Assembly: GCF_022045235.1 (NCBI RefSeq)
Contig: NW_027266267.1
Coordinates: 39,742,001 to 39,806,000 of the forward strand
Direction of reading: 5' to 3'
Source of the DNA: Haliotis cracherodii
Lineage: Eukaryota
Length of the DNA stretch: 64,000 bases
The notes under the pieces are model-generated. The model was given only the letters and a program-made list of their open reading frames with translations, made no database searches and was not told the origin of the DNA. Below, one piece after another: positions 25,886-39,670 of this stretch. Made by a program: the position numbers and the translations under genes. Numbering within the stretch: position 1 is the first letter of the stretch; every line of letters begins with the position of its first letter.

Positions 25886-27599
25886 ACATGGTCATAAGCT
25901 TTAGTAGAAAACAATACACAAACACTAGAATCAACCATTCTTTCTCAGCAAATCTGTCATACTTAATCCGTGATCTGTTGTTGAATAACTACGTCTAAAA
26001 CCTGGCTGTGTTTCAACAATAGCATTGGTTGTGTCAATATAATGTTGTAGTCTTTGATTTACTGTTTTACTGATATGACCTTTATATGAAGTTATAATGT
26101 TAAATGCCAGAAATGAAGGCTACCACTTAGTTATGAGTGCTTCATTTAAGTTCTCTACTTTCTTTGGTTTGTCCTGTTAATTCATCCGGGTTAGTCAGTA
26201 CAAGGCCAAGCAAATGGATGTAAACAGAAGATGAAAAGAACATGTGTTGTGTGTAAAGGGGCCTATATAATGTCTTGTAACTGTCAACAATAAGCCTTAC
26301 CATTAAAGGGTCAGTAAAAGATTTGGAAGAAAATACATAATATCGGTCAAAAAGTATGTAATCAAGAATGTATGAATCAATCTGTGCTGAAGTTTAAAAT
26401 ATACCATTTAAGACAGTGTACATAAATGTGTGTCAATGGCCAAAGTGTATCACCTACAACTGATATCAAAGCCAGATATATACCTATGTAGTTGTCTTGG
26501 TTCTTGGTGCTAATAGACTTTTCCCACGCGTATCAGGAAATATTCCTCAATCAAGAACTTTGTAAGTCTGTGGTGATGTGTAATGCTTCGTTGTTAAAGA
26601 AGTAATTTGCAAGGCCATCAGGTCGAGGTGACTTACCAAGTTTAAGATAGTTCAGCCTTGAGTAAATTTCATCACCTGCATATGGTTTGTTTAGTTTTGA
26701 TCATTCAGCATTTCCCTGTAGATCTGTTTCGTCCTAGAGGAAATAATTATGGTCAGCTATTATGCAACTGTTAAGTGTTCAGTAGGTTACTGAAATTCTT
26801 TAACAATAACATTACTGATTTTGAGAGGCCGTGTTATTCAACTAACATAAGTTAAACGTTTGGACAAAAGTACACTTGGATCATTACTTGACATACTCAG
26901 GCTCTTTTCCAAATATAGGCACCTCGTTTTGTTGAAAGCTTGATTAAGGGGCTTTTTCACTTGTAATGTAAATATCAGTATCTTGACTGTGAGCTCTAGC
27001 AGATCAGAGGGCAGCAATCTTAGCTTGTTTTAAATGTTCGAAATCATTATCCCACCACGGAGGCTGGATCGGAACAGGGTGTGACTACTTTGTGTTGTAC
27101 ATTCTCTTAAACTGATCCACCACAGTAGTATGAAATAAATCAACTAAAGCTGCTGAACCTTACTCTGCATCCATTTCAATTATCTACCTTGGACATGTTC
27201 CTGACAATTTATCAGAAATGATTGTTTTATGTCTACACACCAAGTGTACTTGACCCAATGACAACTGAAATGATGAATAACATCCTTCACATCATCACAT
27301 GCTATGTTTATGTTGTTTCTAAATTATGTTTCATTGTTGACAGTCTATGGCGCAACAGAGCAGAAAATGATTAGATTCGTTCCTCTCGTGAACACCAAAC
27401 GAGGTGAAAAGTGGGAAGAGGTCAGAGGAAGCAATAATATAGTCTTCCACACTGGCACCTTTATGTGTACCACTAGTTATAATACCAGTTTTGTCGTCAA
27501 AAAGTCTACCAATCACATCATGGATGTCATATGTTGGACAAAGTTCTGCACATTTAACTCCAAAAATATTATGCCTCACATTATTTTGTCCTTTGAAGT

Positions 27600-28430
27600 A
27601 AATAGTTACACATCGGGTTACATGTTTCCTCACACTTCAGAGTGACTGACACCAGTCTGGTCGAAATAATCACGTTCTAAAAGGAGGCATCAGAGACAAT
27701 GCTTTTTTATGTGCACAGTGAACGGATGCCACCTTTTCCCTGGTCCCTGGTGTGAATTCATAAATTTAAGATCATCTCTAGACATATGTTCATAGACAAT
27801 TCAGTGAGCAGGCTGTCGATCCACTGCAATCTAAAGTTACCAAAGTCAAGATGTAGACGTACAGCATGTTTTCACAGGCAATGTATATAGCAACGACAAC
27901 AACATGCCTGTCGTCAACAGGAATGTTATGATGAAAGAAGTGAAATGAGACAAATTTTAATGTAAACAAAATTTCAAAGGAGTGCACCTCTGCATCCGTA
28001 GTAAACAGAACATGGTAGTAAATAATTACACACAGGGTCACATGTTTCCATTCACTTCAGAGTGACTGACACCAGTCATGTCTGAAATAAGCACATTCTA
28101 AAAGGAAGCATCAGATACAGAGCTTTTTCATGGGAACACTGAACGGATGCCACCTTTTCCCTAAACTTTGTTTGAAATCATGAAGTTAAGAACTTTTCTA
28201 GACATGTGTTCATAGGCAATTCAGTGAGCAGGCTGACAATCCACTGCAATCTATAATTACCCAAGTCAAGATGTAGATGTAAAGCAATGAACAGCATGTT
28301 TTCACAGGCAATGCATATTGCAACGACATGAACAAGAATGTTGTCAACAGGAAGGTTAATGATGAAAATAAGTGAAAGGAAGCAATTTACAAAGTAAACA
28401 AAATATCATGGCGCACACATCGACATACCT
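27600..28430. repeat. Diverged ~420-bp tandem duplication
   Basis: catgtttcc..cacttcagagtgactgacaccagtc at 27621 and 28041; similarity continues for about 350 bp. Confidence 0.85.
28210..28250 (-). CDS. Candidate short terminal exon of the Ig-CUB gene (DCSGLSACSLNCL*)
   Basis: Acceptor ttatag is phase-1 compatible with the previous exon; the same peptide and stop recur in the duplicate; weak polypyrimidine tract. Confidence 0.35.
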
Positions 28431-28570
28431 GTCCATACAGCCTTAAATCCCTTCCGGACATAATATCTACTTGTAGTAAACACAACACGGTAGTAGGCAG
28501 CTGACTGGACAATGTAGCCCCGTCTGTCTCCACTTAGATGGACAAGGAGGTTGTTGGAGGCATCATAAAC
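28429..28570 (-). CDS. Ig-CUB gene exon: CUB domain C-terminal half
   Basis: ctgcag| VYDASNNLLVHLSGDRRGYIVQSAAYYRVVFTTSRYYVRKGFKAVWT |gtatgt; 142 nt, phase 0 to 1, no stops. Confidence 0.88.
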
Positions 28571-28859
28571 CTGCAGTTTACAAAACGAGGGTTGAGTCCT
28601 ATTTGGCCTAGATATGAATTATATATTAACATAGTATCATTTTTGCAACTTCTCAAAAAAGAGTATAGGCAACATGTCAAATAGATGTAATTGAGGTTAT
28701 TGTTTTAAATCACAATACATTGGATACACACAGATGGATTAAAAGACAAACACATAATGTACTCATCCTTACAACGCAGGAAACACATCTTCAATCACAA
28801 TATTTGAACACTTATGTTTACACAAGCAACTGTTTGTTTGTTTATTTGTTGTTTAACCC

Positions 28860-30700
28860 CACACTCAATTTATTTATTCAGTACGTTTATACCTAAGGCC
28901 TTTGTGTACAAACATGATCGTACAGGTTTAATTACAGTTATACATAAATTTCGTTTCTTATGTGCTTAGGACAAATATTTTGCGTCATTAGTAATAACGA
29001 TTGAGTTTGGCTATGACATCAAAATGTTAAATTTAAATGTTACATTTTGTTACAATACATCTGAAATAACCATAGATGCCCAAACCTAATCTAGACAATT
29101 TCTTAACTTTGTAACCAGTTTAACCCGACCTTGGTCGTCATGAAGCCACATCATGTCATAACATTTTTGTATAAACGACACTAGGGAATTTTTGAATTTT
29201 TTAACCAATACTTCACACATTTCCTATGGCATATACATAAATTGAATATCTCCACACTCACCTAACACAGCCAATGTTCCAGGAAGAGAGTTTTAAAGTA
29301 TTAAAAAAAACGTACAACTTTTCTACCATTTAGCATTTCCTCACCATCAATGCTTCAAATATTGTAAACATGAATTCGGATGAAAACGGTTGCAACGAGT
29401 CTAAACTATTCAAAATATTTATCCACATCTTCGTGGGATGCAGTGTTATATTGTCAGCAGTTTTAAACCAGTAAATCATATTGTTGCAACATAAACCAAC
29501 ATAAGTGAAACAAGGACAAACTTTTCTGTTTAAAACCATTTCCCAAAACGACACAAACCACCATCATTTGTTTAAGCTACAATTTTAGTTTTTGACATAT
29601 TGAATGACATTTTCCAAGTTTCACACACATTCTGAAGAATGTTTAACAGTATCACAAAACAGTATCAAATCATCAGCATATACCAGAAGAAGAAGAATGT
29701 GAATTACATCTGTATGTAATAACACATCAACTGGACACTCTTTTTCCATCTCAAGAACTAATGAGTTTATAAAAAACACTGAAATATAAATGGAATCGTC
29801 ACACAGCCCTGTCTAACATCAGTTTAAAAAAACCAAATGCATTAGACATATAACTGTTAGACTGGACACCAGATTGTTCATCTCTATAAAACGACTGTAA
29901 CATTTTGCCCCTCTTTGAACTAATTTCCGATTTGTAAAACAAGTTCCATAAAATAGGACGCTTTATAGACTTGAAAGCCTTAGAAAAATGAATGAAAGCA
30001 ACGTAACACTTATCTGCTTTGTATGAGAGAAAACGTTGGACATTTTAATTTAAAGCAAGGCAATTGTCTAATGTTGAATACCAGTATCCCTTTTGGAAAC
30101 CTGACTGACACTCAGATCCTTAAGTAACAGCCTCTAACATAAGATCGAGGTAATCACCTTGCTGAGAACACTGGAATGACTAATGTTTCTGTAATTGTCT
30201 GGGTTAGATGAGTCACCTTTCTTATGTCATGGTATGATAATCCCCAATGGCACTTTTTTCATGCATACAAATACGGCTCCATAGTGTCATGAGTATGTTT
30301 TATTTATTCACCTAAAGTATGATGTACTCCAGCTGATCTGTTGTCTTTAAGAGCATGAAACTGTCTTTTATCTTATCTCTGGTTATTGGATAGTCTTAAA
30401 TGCCAACAGAAAAAAGGGATCAGTCACTGGTATATGGTCAAGGTTGTATAAACTCTTCAAAAGAGTCATCAGCTGAATATGGAGACAAAAAGTATTAAGG
30501 TGCGTCTTCTCGATTGTCTTGTCTGTACCGGCATAGGGCCCGGTGATGGTTGCACAAATAAACGTGATTCTTTTTGACTGCGTAATTAAAAGCCTTTCAA
30601 AATACTTTGTGGTGATCACAGACTAGGCTCATTCGTGTCAGTATTACACTTTCTTTTCTGTCTGGAAAAGTATTTTCTAAAACAATCATTAATCTTGTAC
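28860..30700 (-). mobile_element. Decayed RTEX-like LINE inside the CUB intron
   Basis: HKKGDSSNPDNYRNIS, ECQSGF, LLLLVYADDLILF on the minus strand. Confidence 0.8.
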
Positions 30701-30775
30701 ATTTAATTGCATGCTTCATTCCATATGGGTTCTACCTGCCTTATAAATAATGAACACAATTCCTTGTTTACATAC

Positions 30776-30942
30776 CCTGACAACATCAGACCAATCCTCC
30801 GTACTGAAATCTTCAAATACGAGAGTGATCAAAGTATCTCCTGCATCAATTGTGTAGACACAGTTCAGGTTGTTGCCATAATTGCCGGGGTAGTTTGGTG
30901 AGGAGATTAAGCCTGACGAACCTGTGTAGTCTCCACCACATC
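30776..30942 (-). CDS. Ig-CUB gene exon: CUB domain N-terminal half
   Basis: tttcag| CGGDYTGSSGLISSPNYPGNYGNNLNCVYTIDAGDTLITLVFEDFSTEDWSDVVR |gtatgt; 167 nt, phase 1 to 0; classic CGG..SPNYP..Y..N..C CUB signature. Confidence 0.93.
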
Positions 30943-30989
30943 CTGAAATAGATACAAAAAGAAAACAGCGTTATCACTGTCCCGAACAT

Positions 30990-31243
30990 GAGCGAATGAG
31001 TGAATTGGGTTTATCACTACATTGAACAATATTCCAGTTATATATCACAGTGTGCCGGCCTGATGTGGGAGGAAAGCTCAAAGTCATAGACGTCTTACCA
31101 CTTTGGTGAAACCCACCAGCACGAGTATGGTGCTAACAAATCTACAAACATGATCAGGGCGAACCGGGATTGAATCTACAATCTGTCATGCTCAGGGGAC
31201 GCAACTCAGGGGACACCTTAGACGACTTGGCTACCCGTGCCCA
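30990..31243 (-). mobile_element. Old tRNA-derived SINE (family C)
   Basis: Minus strand gggcacgggtagccaagtcg, B-box-like gattcaatccc, tail actggaatattg..(actc)-like. Confidence 0.6.
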
Positions 31244-31369
31244 CTGCCCCTATTAGAATTGTGTTTGTTCAGATAGTAGTGAATAATATGGAAGTTAATG
31301 TCGTATAAAGCCTTAAGAAGAGATAGAGACTAGGCTTTATGTCATCTGATTACATTTGAAATTAATATA

Positions 31370-31712
31370 CACAAATGGCCCTTTTTCTGGAATTTAGAGC
31401 ACCAACTTTCGAACTCAATCTTGACAAGTTTCTCTCAGATAAGCTTGCAAACTTTCATTCATGTAACTGCAGTAGTTTCTGAGAAAGCATATCCCTATTT
31501 CAGGCAGTATTCACTATGTTGAAGAGCATAATAGAGAAAGGGCCATAAACAATAACTTAAGGCACCAATTTTCGAACTAATCTGAATATCGCAATCAGAG
31601 CCGAAATTTCATATCTCTAACCTAAGTAGGTTTTGAGAAAATTTGTCGTCGTTGAGAAGCCATTCCTACATTCCCTACGTTTCTACGTTCACTGCCCCAC
31701 TTCGTGGATAAT
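31370..31712. mobile_element. HINE/satellite-like relic with two ~163-bp units
   Basis: caccaa(c/t)tttcgaact at 31400 and 31563, aaa(c/t)ttcat...ttctgagaaa repeated; terminal hairpin ccac-ttc-gtgg. Confidence 0.45.
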
Positions 31713-32889
31713 GAGACTTGTGTGCATGGGTTGTTTAAAATGTATTTCTTAATCAGGAAATAACAGAAATCCACGAAATTGAAAAAATGGGAATGTAGTG
31801 TGTGAATATGTAAAATGTACATGTGTATGCGTAAAAGATGGTTGCTGCATTGCCTCGGCGTACAGTTTTGCTCGATCGATGATCTAACTTGAAGTATTGG
31901 TTAGTAACTATTGAGTAACTGAGGATGTAATACATGTCCTTCTTATGTAATAGAGATAAACTGTTCTCCGAAAATCTAATTCTGTAAAATGCTTAAGTAA
32001 TCTCTGCACTTGTATACAGGAGACATATTTCAAAATTAACATAACATTTTTAGTTTCAACAAAATCAGTAAATGGCTCATTTCTGATAGAAATATGGTTA
32101 CACAGCTCCAGTCTGATCTACGGGGCTCACCAGAGAACCGTTTCAAGGCCAGAGGGATTGGACCTGAATCTTCAGAAGTATTGACTCAGCTTAAAATGGT
32201 ATGAAATAAGACAATTGAAGTTGAGCTCATTAATGCCATCCCTACACCTACAAATTAAGACACAGTCCTCTACCAGCTTGGTCCCTCCTTCATTTGGGAG
32301 GTAATGGTCTCATGGATGAGCTACGAATGGTGAGTTGGGATCTTACAAAATTTCACATGATGCCCTACATGCACATCATATTATAAGATATTCTGCAGAG
32401 AGTCACATGGCGGGGTATACCAGACGGCAGAGTGAAAGAGTGCAAAGGAAGAGATTTAACCGATTCGGAAGAAAGGTGCCCTAGACCTTGAAAGGCGTGT
32501 TCAAGGGAACAATGAAAGTAACATAGCCCACAGGTTTCTTCAGACAGGTTGGCACCCACCTGTCAGACATTGGCAATGACATATTTGTTTACTCCTTTGA
32601 AGAGGTTCTTGAGGTATTTGCTGGTTTGTCCGCTCATTTCAAATCTTGTTTCATTTGTATTTCTGGTCTTAATTCAATGCGGAAAGAGCTTGCCATAAAG
32701 CAAGCTCAGTGGCGGAGGTCATGGCAGGCATAACACGTTTCTCACAAACTGTAAGTAAGTTGAACCTCAACGTACATGCTGCACCTCATGAAGTGTACCA
32801 CAATCACAGAGGATGGCAGTGTATCCAATGACACAGGATTGACTGGAGCTTACGCCTCTGGTTGTGTTTAGTTACGGAGGATGAACTGT

Positions 32890-32980
32890 ACTATGTATAT
32901 TCCAGGCCATTTGGTCATGATGTGTATTGTTCCAGCCCATTTGGTCATGATGTGTATATTTCCGACCGATCTGGTAATGA
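32890..32980. repeat. ~30-bp minisatellite, 3 copies
   Basis: ccatttggtcatgatgtgtat repeated. Confidence 0.75.
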
Positions 32981-33329
32981 TTTTGTAGTTACTCCTTTGC
33001 GTAATCTGTGAACTGTGTACTCACTCACTCACTCCGCCTGTATTGTTATGTAATAAAGCTGCGCCTGTATTTTGCCACTTAGTATGCTTCATGTTATCTT
33101 TTGAATTAATTCATTCACAATTAAACTAAACATGTGCAAAATAATTTAGTCAACATGCATGTATAGTACACATTCTACATTTTATATATGCCATGAAAAA
33201 AATAACATGACGTTTTAGTTTATTTACTGCCTGCGGGATAGCATTATCGGTAGTTAGTTACATGTAAACAGAGAGTCATACTGTGTTCACGTCCTATTAA
33301 TGTAGCACTGTCTACTGGTAAACCTTGCG

Positions 33330-33920
33330 CCAGGAGGACCCTGGTTCCTTGGTATCTTTGGTGTCCAGGATTTCTTCGGCTGAAACCACTTTTATCCTTG
33401 TCCTAGACCTTGTTATCAGCGTCACGAACTGATGCAGCTTCCCTACTCAGACTCTTCTGTCTCTTCTTTAGCATGGCTGGCAGATCAGTTTCTCTTAGTA
33501 GTGTCCTGGCTCCAAGGACACCTTCCCGATCGGGCATATAGATGAACATATTTATGGGGTTATGGAGGGTGCTGTTGTTTTTTTCTGATACTCCGATAAG
33601 GGGAGACGATGTATCACCTTAAAGTATATTTTAGTTAATTGATCAGGAATGCCCCAACCACCAGTATTGTATTTTCTTCTGGGCATCTTAGAATAGAATA
33701 GATCAACAAGTTTGGCTTCTTGTCATGGTAACTGAATATGATGGCTTCTTTCAGCTGATAGCCTTTCACGTAGTTTCCTGATTATGCTATCGTGATTTGC
33801 AACGTCTTGTTTAATTTCCCTCACATTTTCTTTCAAGACATAAACGTCCCGTTTTAAAGAGTTATTTGAATCGCAAACTTCATCTAGTGTACTCGAAGCA
33901 TTAACAATCTCCAAATGCTG
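33330..33920 (-). mobile_element. LINE ORF1 relic
   Basis: Coiled-coil ORF 33723-33914, then ..DREGVLGARTLLRETDLPAMLKKRQKSL.., resembling an L1-type ORF1 C-terminus. Confidence 0.45.
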
Positions 33921-34039
33921 TCCATATTACTGTCAGGTAATATTCACAGACATATCAAAAGTCACAAGATTTGGCAAGTTCACAGAAATATATACAAAAG
34001 TAAAAATAGTTTCCCCACGTCCTTTGTTTTCTGATGTGT

Positions 34040-35560
34040 GTAGGTAGTATTCAATTTGTTCAGATTATCCATGGGTCCTCTGTGAGTCAGCAAACACGAG
34101 TTAGCAGCCAATCATGTGCAGCCAGAAGTCACCCACTGAACGTTTGATTTGTTGTGCCATTGAGGACACCGGAGACCTGATTATACATGGATAGTGCGCC
34201 TGAGGCAGATCCAATCCTGCATGTGTTAATTCGCCTGCAGAATTGTCGCCCAAAACCAAAACGCCATCGCCTTCTTTGTGACCTCAGCTATACTTAGTTG
34301 CCTGGAGGATACAACCTCTTCCTCTACCTCCTGGAAGTTCTTGTCACTTTCAAGTACTGTCTTAGAGCACGCAATGGAGTCAAAAACTTAAGGTATCATG
34401 AACATGCGATCGTCACATAGTTGTTTATTTTTGGCCACACAATCCCATAAGAGACCCATGTAAATCTCAGCATCTGGGTTACGTCCAAAGCAAGTATTTC
34501 TTCAATACCAGCTGCAGTAGCCAAGCGAATTGTCTTTAAAGTCAGTGGCACGCTGACAATCAACTTGAAGATCTAAAACGTTCTGTCCAACGGACAACTG
34601 GAGTGTGTTGATCTCATCTTGTTTATGTAATGAGCCTGAAATTTGGCTGTGGGGATCAGGGTTTCTTGTCTAACAATATCACAGCCAAGAATATGTGGCT
34701 CCTGAGGTTCAAATCTTGCCTTAGAGTCTGCCCACACACCAGGACGTCCATGTCAGCTCCCCAACCTCTATGGCTGAAATATTGACAATGTGACTTAAAA
34801 TTTTAACTCACTCACTCAGTGATGCATCAACAAACAGGAGGTTTGCAAGTCTTACAAAGAGAAATGGCTGGTATTCAGAATGAATAGGGACGTGCCGGTA
34901 TGCATCCTGTGCCATGAAATCCACCGGATGGATGGTTTGTGAGAGTTGACATCCTGAAGTATGTCAGAACAGCTGGCTAAAAATCTATAACTTGTGATCC
35001 ATTCACATCCTGTTGAAATTCTTGGAAACAAGCAATACCGTAAAGAAATAGCCTGGCGTAAGCTGGCAAAGAGGATTTTCTTACGCCACTTACTTTCCGA
35101 GAATAATGGAGACATTGGTGGCCAACGGGATGGCAGGATCCTTGAAGTAGCGGCAGACAGGGACATGGCCATGGTCAAAGGTCATGTTCAAAATATTAGA
35201 CATGCTCACCACATATGCAGCTACCTGAAAGGATGCTGATAACAAGTCTAAAGCGATGGCCATAAGTGCCTTGTCATTCAACTTGGTGTGTCCATTCTCC
35301 AAAATAGACCTCGCAGGGGAACTCAGATTCACATCAGGTTCTGGGAGAGAAGGTGCGGCCGGTGTAGATGATGTCATTGGCATAGAAGTCTCAGTCGGCA
35401 GGAAAGCCTAAGCCACCAAAGGAAGCATTCTTTCAGATGTTGGAAGGACTCAATGAAGCTGACTGTAAAACCAAAGGTAGCACTGATCCTGGAAAAGGGG
35501 TGGCTGATTATGCCACAACTCAAAAGCTATAAAAATAGCATGTAGTTGATTTTGATTAAC
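34040..35560 (-). mobile_element. DIRS-like tyrosine-recombinase relic, interrupted by a SINE fragment (about 34640-34818, +)
   Basis: Minus strand LTLKT..LATA..EILALD..VAKN..FMIP and PLRALRQYLKVT; SINE tail atggctgaaatattg..(actc)n. Confidence 0.6.
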
Positions 35561-38500
35561 AACGCCAGCGGTATGACAAAAAGACTGATCCTATGTTTCA
35601 TATTTCAATGGTCAGGTAACATAACTGCATTATATTGCCAGCATTGGCTTGGTAGAGTGCAGCAACCACGTTAACCAGTTAATATGAGTTAATATGATCC
35701 ACTTTACCACAGACCATTGAAGTTTCCTGTGTACGCTCAGTGTATGTTAACCCAGACTTCATCGAGGCACTGCATTGAATTGTCATCAGGTTGCAACTTA
35801 ACAATGGCTTACAGGGACGATAATGTAAAGGTTGTAAATATGACTTTAAACTTTAATGTGTGGGTACACTCCCTCCACATCCGCACCCGCCCCCGCCCCC
35901 ACCCCTCAACGTTTGTGTGCATGCGTCTTATGTCTTGATCCTTTTAACATAATCTAATAACTATTTAGTTGTATTATTGACTAATATTTGTATGTTTTAA
36001 GGACATGATTCACATTAGTATGTTTCCATAAATGTACAAACAAATCCTAGCCCCGCCATCTGCCACCCCACAAGAATGTTATACAGAATGCAATTATAGA
36101 GAGTATCGATACAGGGATATTGTAACTTTGCCTCATATTATCAACTAAACATACATAAACTGGGAAGGGTGATATATATTATTAAACCATTTCCATTTGG
36201 AACGAGGGAAAAAAAGATCCAATCTATGACTATTGTCATAATTATAATTTATCATTGTGGTGTAAAATACTACCTTTGGCAATACGAAATCTGCTCTTAG
36301 AAACTTCGTACAGTGACGGACCGGCACCGTGGTGTAGTGGAAAGAGTGTCTGCCTTGATACCCGTACTTGTTAATGTCTCCCACATTTGACAACAGCTGT
36401 AAAAACTGTTGGTCCCACTTTCAAATTTTATATTCTGTATAACCAAACACATTGTTTGGTATTTGTATGTGAGTGTGCAATTCCCTTTTTGACTTGCACC
36501 ATATGTTCCCGTGTTTTTCAGGTGAACAATTGACCTTCCTTTTCATGTGTTTGTGAAGGGTGCCACATGTTTATGATATGATCGGCATCGTACAGTGGAC
36601 AGTGTTATTAGCTGTTATTACTTATGACCATGAACATGATTTGATCGCTTTTATTAACACACACTGATGTGTAACTCACATGTTGTACCCCAGAAAAAAA
36701 ATAATTATCCTGATAAATTCCAGATATTGCAGATTTCATTGCAACCTATTACCTGGTACATCTAATAAAACATCGGGCTTCATAAATCAAACAATCCTTT
36801 CTAATTGTTGTAACCATATAATCTATATGTGTAAAGCTCTCTCTCTCTCTGTGACATCTTGAGTTTTTCTTACCTAATTCATTTTGAAATTAAAACAGTT
36901 CACAACTTCAGATTAGGTTATGGAACATAATAAAACAAATTTATTACGCTGATGACAGAGTTCACAACGAACACCAATTACATCATACCATATTAAATGT
37001 CTTTTATTCCTTTGTGTATAGTATGTTAGATAAACTGCAAAAAGCGCTTATGAAATGCAGTCACTTCAGTTACCACACCATGTGACAATACTGTGTCTAC
37101 ATACTGAGAAAAGTACCTCTCTTTGTAACGAATCGTATTGATGGCTACGCATATTCCTCCATTGGGTTTCACTTTTTACTTTCATGAAAATAATGATTGT
37201 CACTTTGTTTTTTTTCTTTGTGGAGACTTTAACGCATGAGTGACCAACAGTAACAGCACGTCTGATCCGGCTCAACTCGAGGACAGAAGAATAAATGTTT
37301 ATTGAGAAGGACCCAGGTATTTATAGGAACTGACCACTTCAATGTTCTTGTCGGTGCAAGTGCATCTGAAAAACTGTTAACACTTGAACTATTTCTAATT
37401 AAGATAATTAGTCTTACCCATATTTCTTTTCATGTCCCTCGTTACACTTGTAAAATCTCTGAAGAAAGTCTATTTTTTTTCGTTATGGGATCCAAAAGAA
37501 AGTAATACAAAGTTTCATTACGTTTGAAATACCCATGATATGGCCGATATTCAATCCCCGTTTATGTCCCAGTGAAGCAAATAGAGCGGGGTAGTTGTGA
37601 AGTCACATCATCCAAATATCGCCTCAGTCTACGTTTGCTGTAGATGTAGATCACAATAAATCTATCAAAATTGAGAAAAAACACCTAACAGTAAAAAGAC
37701 ATTTTCTGGCAAACGTCATGAATGTATGCCATAAAGACTAATACTCACGGAGTAATAATATTCCACAACATACAGTTGATACTGTTGCGTTTCAGTAAGT
37801 TCAGGCCAAAATGCTTATTAAGACAATGATTCCACAACTATTATATTAATCTCGTTGAGAAACATTCCAGCAAATGGAAAGCAATTGTCACATAATGAAC
37901 ATATTTTCTTATCAACGTTTTTGAAGAGCTAAGAGATCTTGCATTTAACAGGTATCCTAGTTATGGTTATAGTTATGGAAACATGCAGTGTGTTCGGGCA
38001 GTGGTAATTCCATCAAGGCAGTGTTAGCTTTGTTTTTGTGATGAATGCAATATATTAAACTCCAAGATCATACAGACATGCACTGGCCAAATTCAAATAG
38101 GAAACACCTTTACCAGGAGACACTTGCATTTGTGACAATACACTTTTACATCTCTTACTAAAACAATAGACTTGTGCTTCTGAATTATATGTGATGGTGA
38201 ATTCCATATTTTACATCACTGTCTTTTCATGCAATTAATACAAATTTGTTCTGATCATGATTTCATGTTTTTCTTCATCACAAATAGAGGTTTGATGTTC
38301 AAAACTTAAAATTAGTAAACCAGTTATGAAGAACAGGTGATGTATATCCTTCTGCACAGATGAAGCCAGATACTTAAACAAAGTATTAACAATGACGTTT
38401 GTGGTAAAGCATAAAACATCAACGCCAGAGAATAACAAGTCTCGATTATCCACCAAAACATATTTCATTCGGTGCAAAATGCAACATAGTGATGAAAATA

Positions 38501-38872
38501 GTATGAGTGGAACACGGAAAATCAGTGAAGATACCAAGTATTCGCGAAAAGGTAAGCATACCCTACCCTACCGGTAGCAAGCGCCCCTCACACAATTTGC
38601 ATAAGAAAGTATGAGTGTTTTGCCTGACACGACACATCCGTACTATGCCACCCGGCGGCGGCATGTAAACAAAGCAGACAATCAAGTGATGGACAAATAG
38701 AAGAAAGAAACATATGCCTGGTGCGCAGGTTGTTTTTTTTAATTTTGATTATTGTGTTAGACAGTTACCTCTGATCATATTGATATTTAAAGCATTATTG
38801 CATAGTGTCCTTTGCTCGGTATCAACCGAGGACATTATCTTAATTGATAACATCTTGTCACATAACAGTTTG

Positions 38873-39025
38873 TGTGAGTGAGAGAGTGAGTATATTTTAG
38901 GCTGCTTTTAGCAATATTCAAGCAATAATGAGGCGGGTGACACCAGAAAATGGGCTTTATACATTGTACCCACATGGGGAATCATACCCGGGTTTTCGGC
39001 GTGGCGAGTGAATGCTTTAACCAAA
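38873..39025 (-). mobile_element. SINE family A copy
   Basis: Reverse complement of the 14707 copy. Confidence 0.85.
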
Positions 39026-39340
39026 AGGTCTGATACCAATTTGATATCTAAATAAGGGCAATACACAAGAATACCAACAACATTAACCTGCTATATATAC
39101 ATCAGATTCTCTCAACTGGCAGTACTGTACCTGATTTAACTGTTCAAAATATTTGTGCTTCATCAATATTTCCAAATTCTGTTAGACATATATATGAACA
39201 GAGTAAATCCTGTTTTGTGTGTGAAATGAAAACTGTTTGAGGGAATATGATTGAAAGAACGTATCAGTTTATGGATTCGAAATACATTTAATCACATTAT
39301 AACAAATAGCATTGTACAATCAGTTGAGACATATACTTAC

Positions 39341-39670
39341 GTATGACATCAAGCACCTGTCCACAGTCAGACATGTGATCCCCTCTAGAGCCTGGTGAAC
39401 CCCTGTAACATCTGTAGACACCACGGTCAGAATTCCACACAACATCATACAGCAGGAAACTGAACACACCAGATCCTGACGAGTCAATGTTTCCAGTAAA
39501 CTCTGCTCTTGCCCTGTACGTGCTAGTGATGTCCACCTTGTTGTAGTTGGTCACATGGAACAGAGTATCTGATGAATAACGTCTCACTGTAAACTCCCTG
39601 ACAGCAGGCTGGGGTAGTCTCCAGGACAAGGTTGCATTACTTCCTTGACGAGCATATACCACTGCACCAG
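39341..39670 (-). CDS. Ig-CUB gene exon: V-set-like immunoglobulin domain
   Basis: tttcag| ..VYARQGSNATLSW...RAEFTGN...FSFLLYDV...DRGVYRC...DCGQVLDVI |gtaagt; 330 nt, phase 1 to 1, joins the CUB exon in frame (C+GA = Arg). Confidence 0.88.

Noticed and set aside
32060-32600. Possible DIRS RT remnant on the minus strand (QVGANLS)
   Set aside because: Motifs too degraded to support a call
36270-36395. Open 123-nt AG/GT-bounded segment in the Ig-CUB intron
   Set aside because: Open only in phase 0, incompatible with the flanking phase-1 junctions; no recognisable domain
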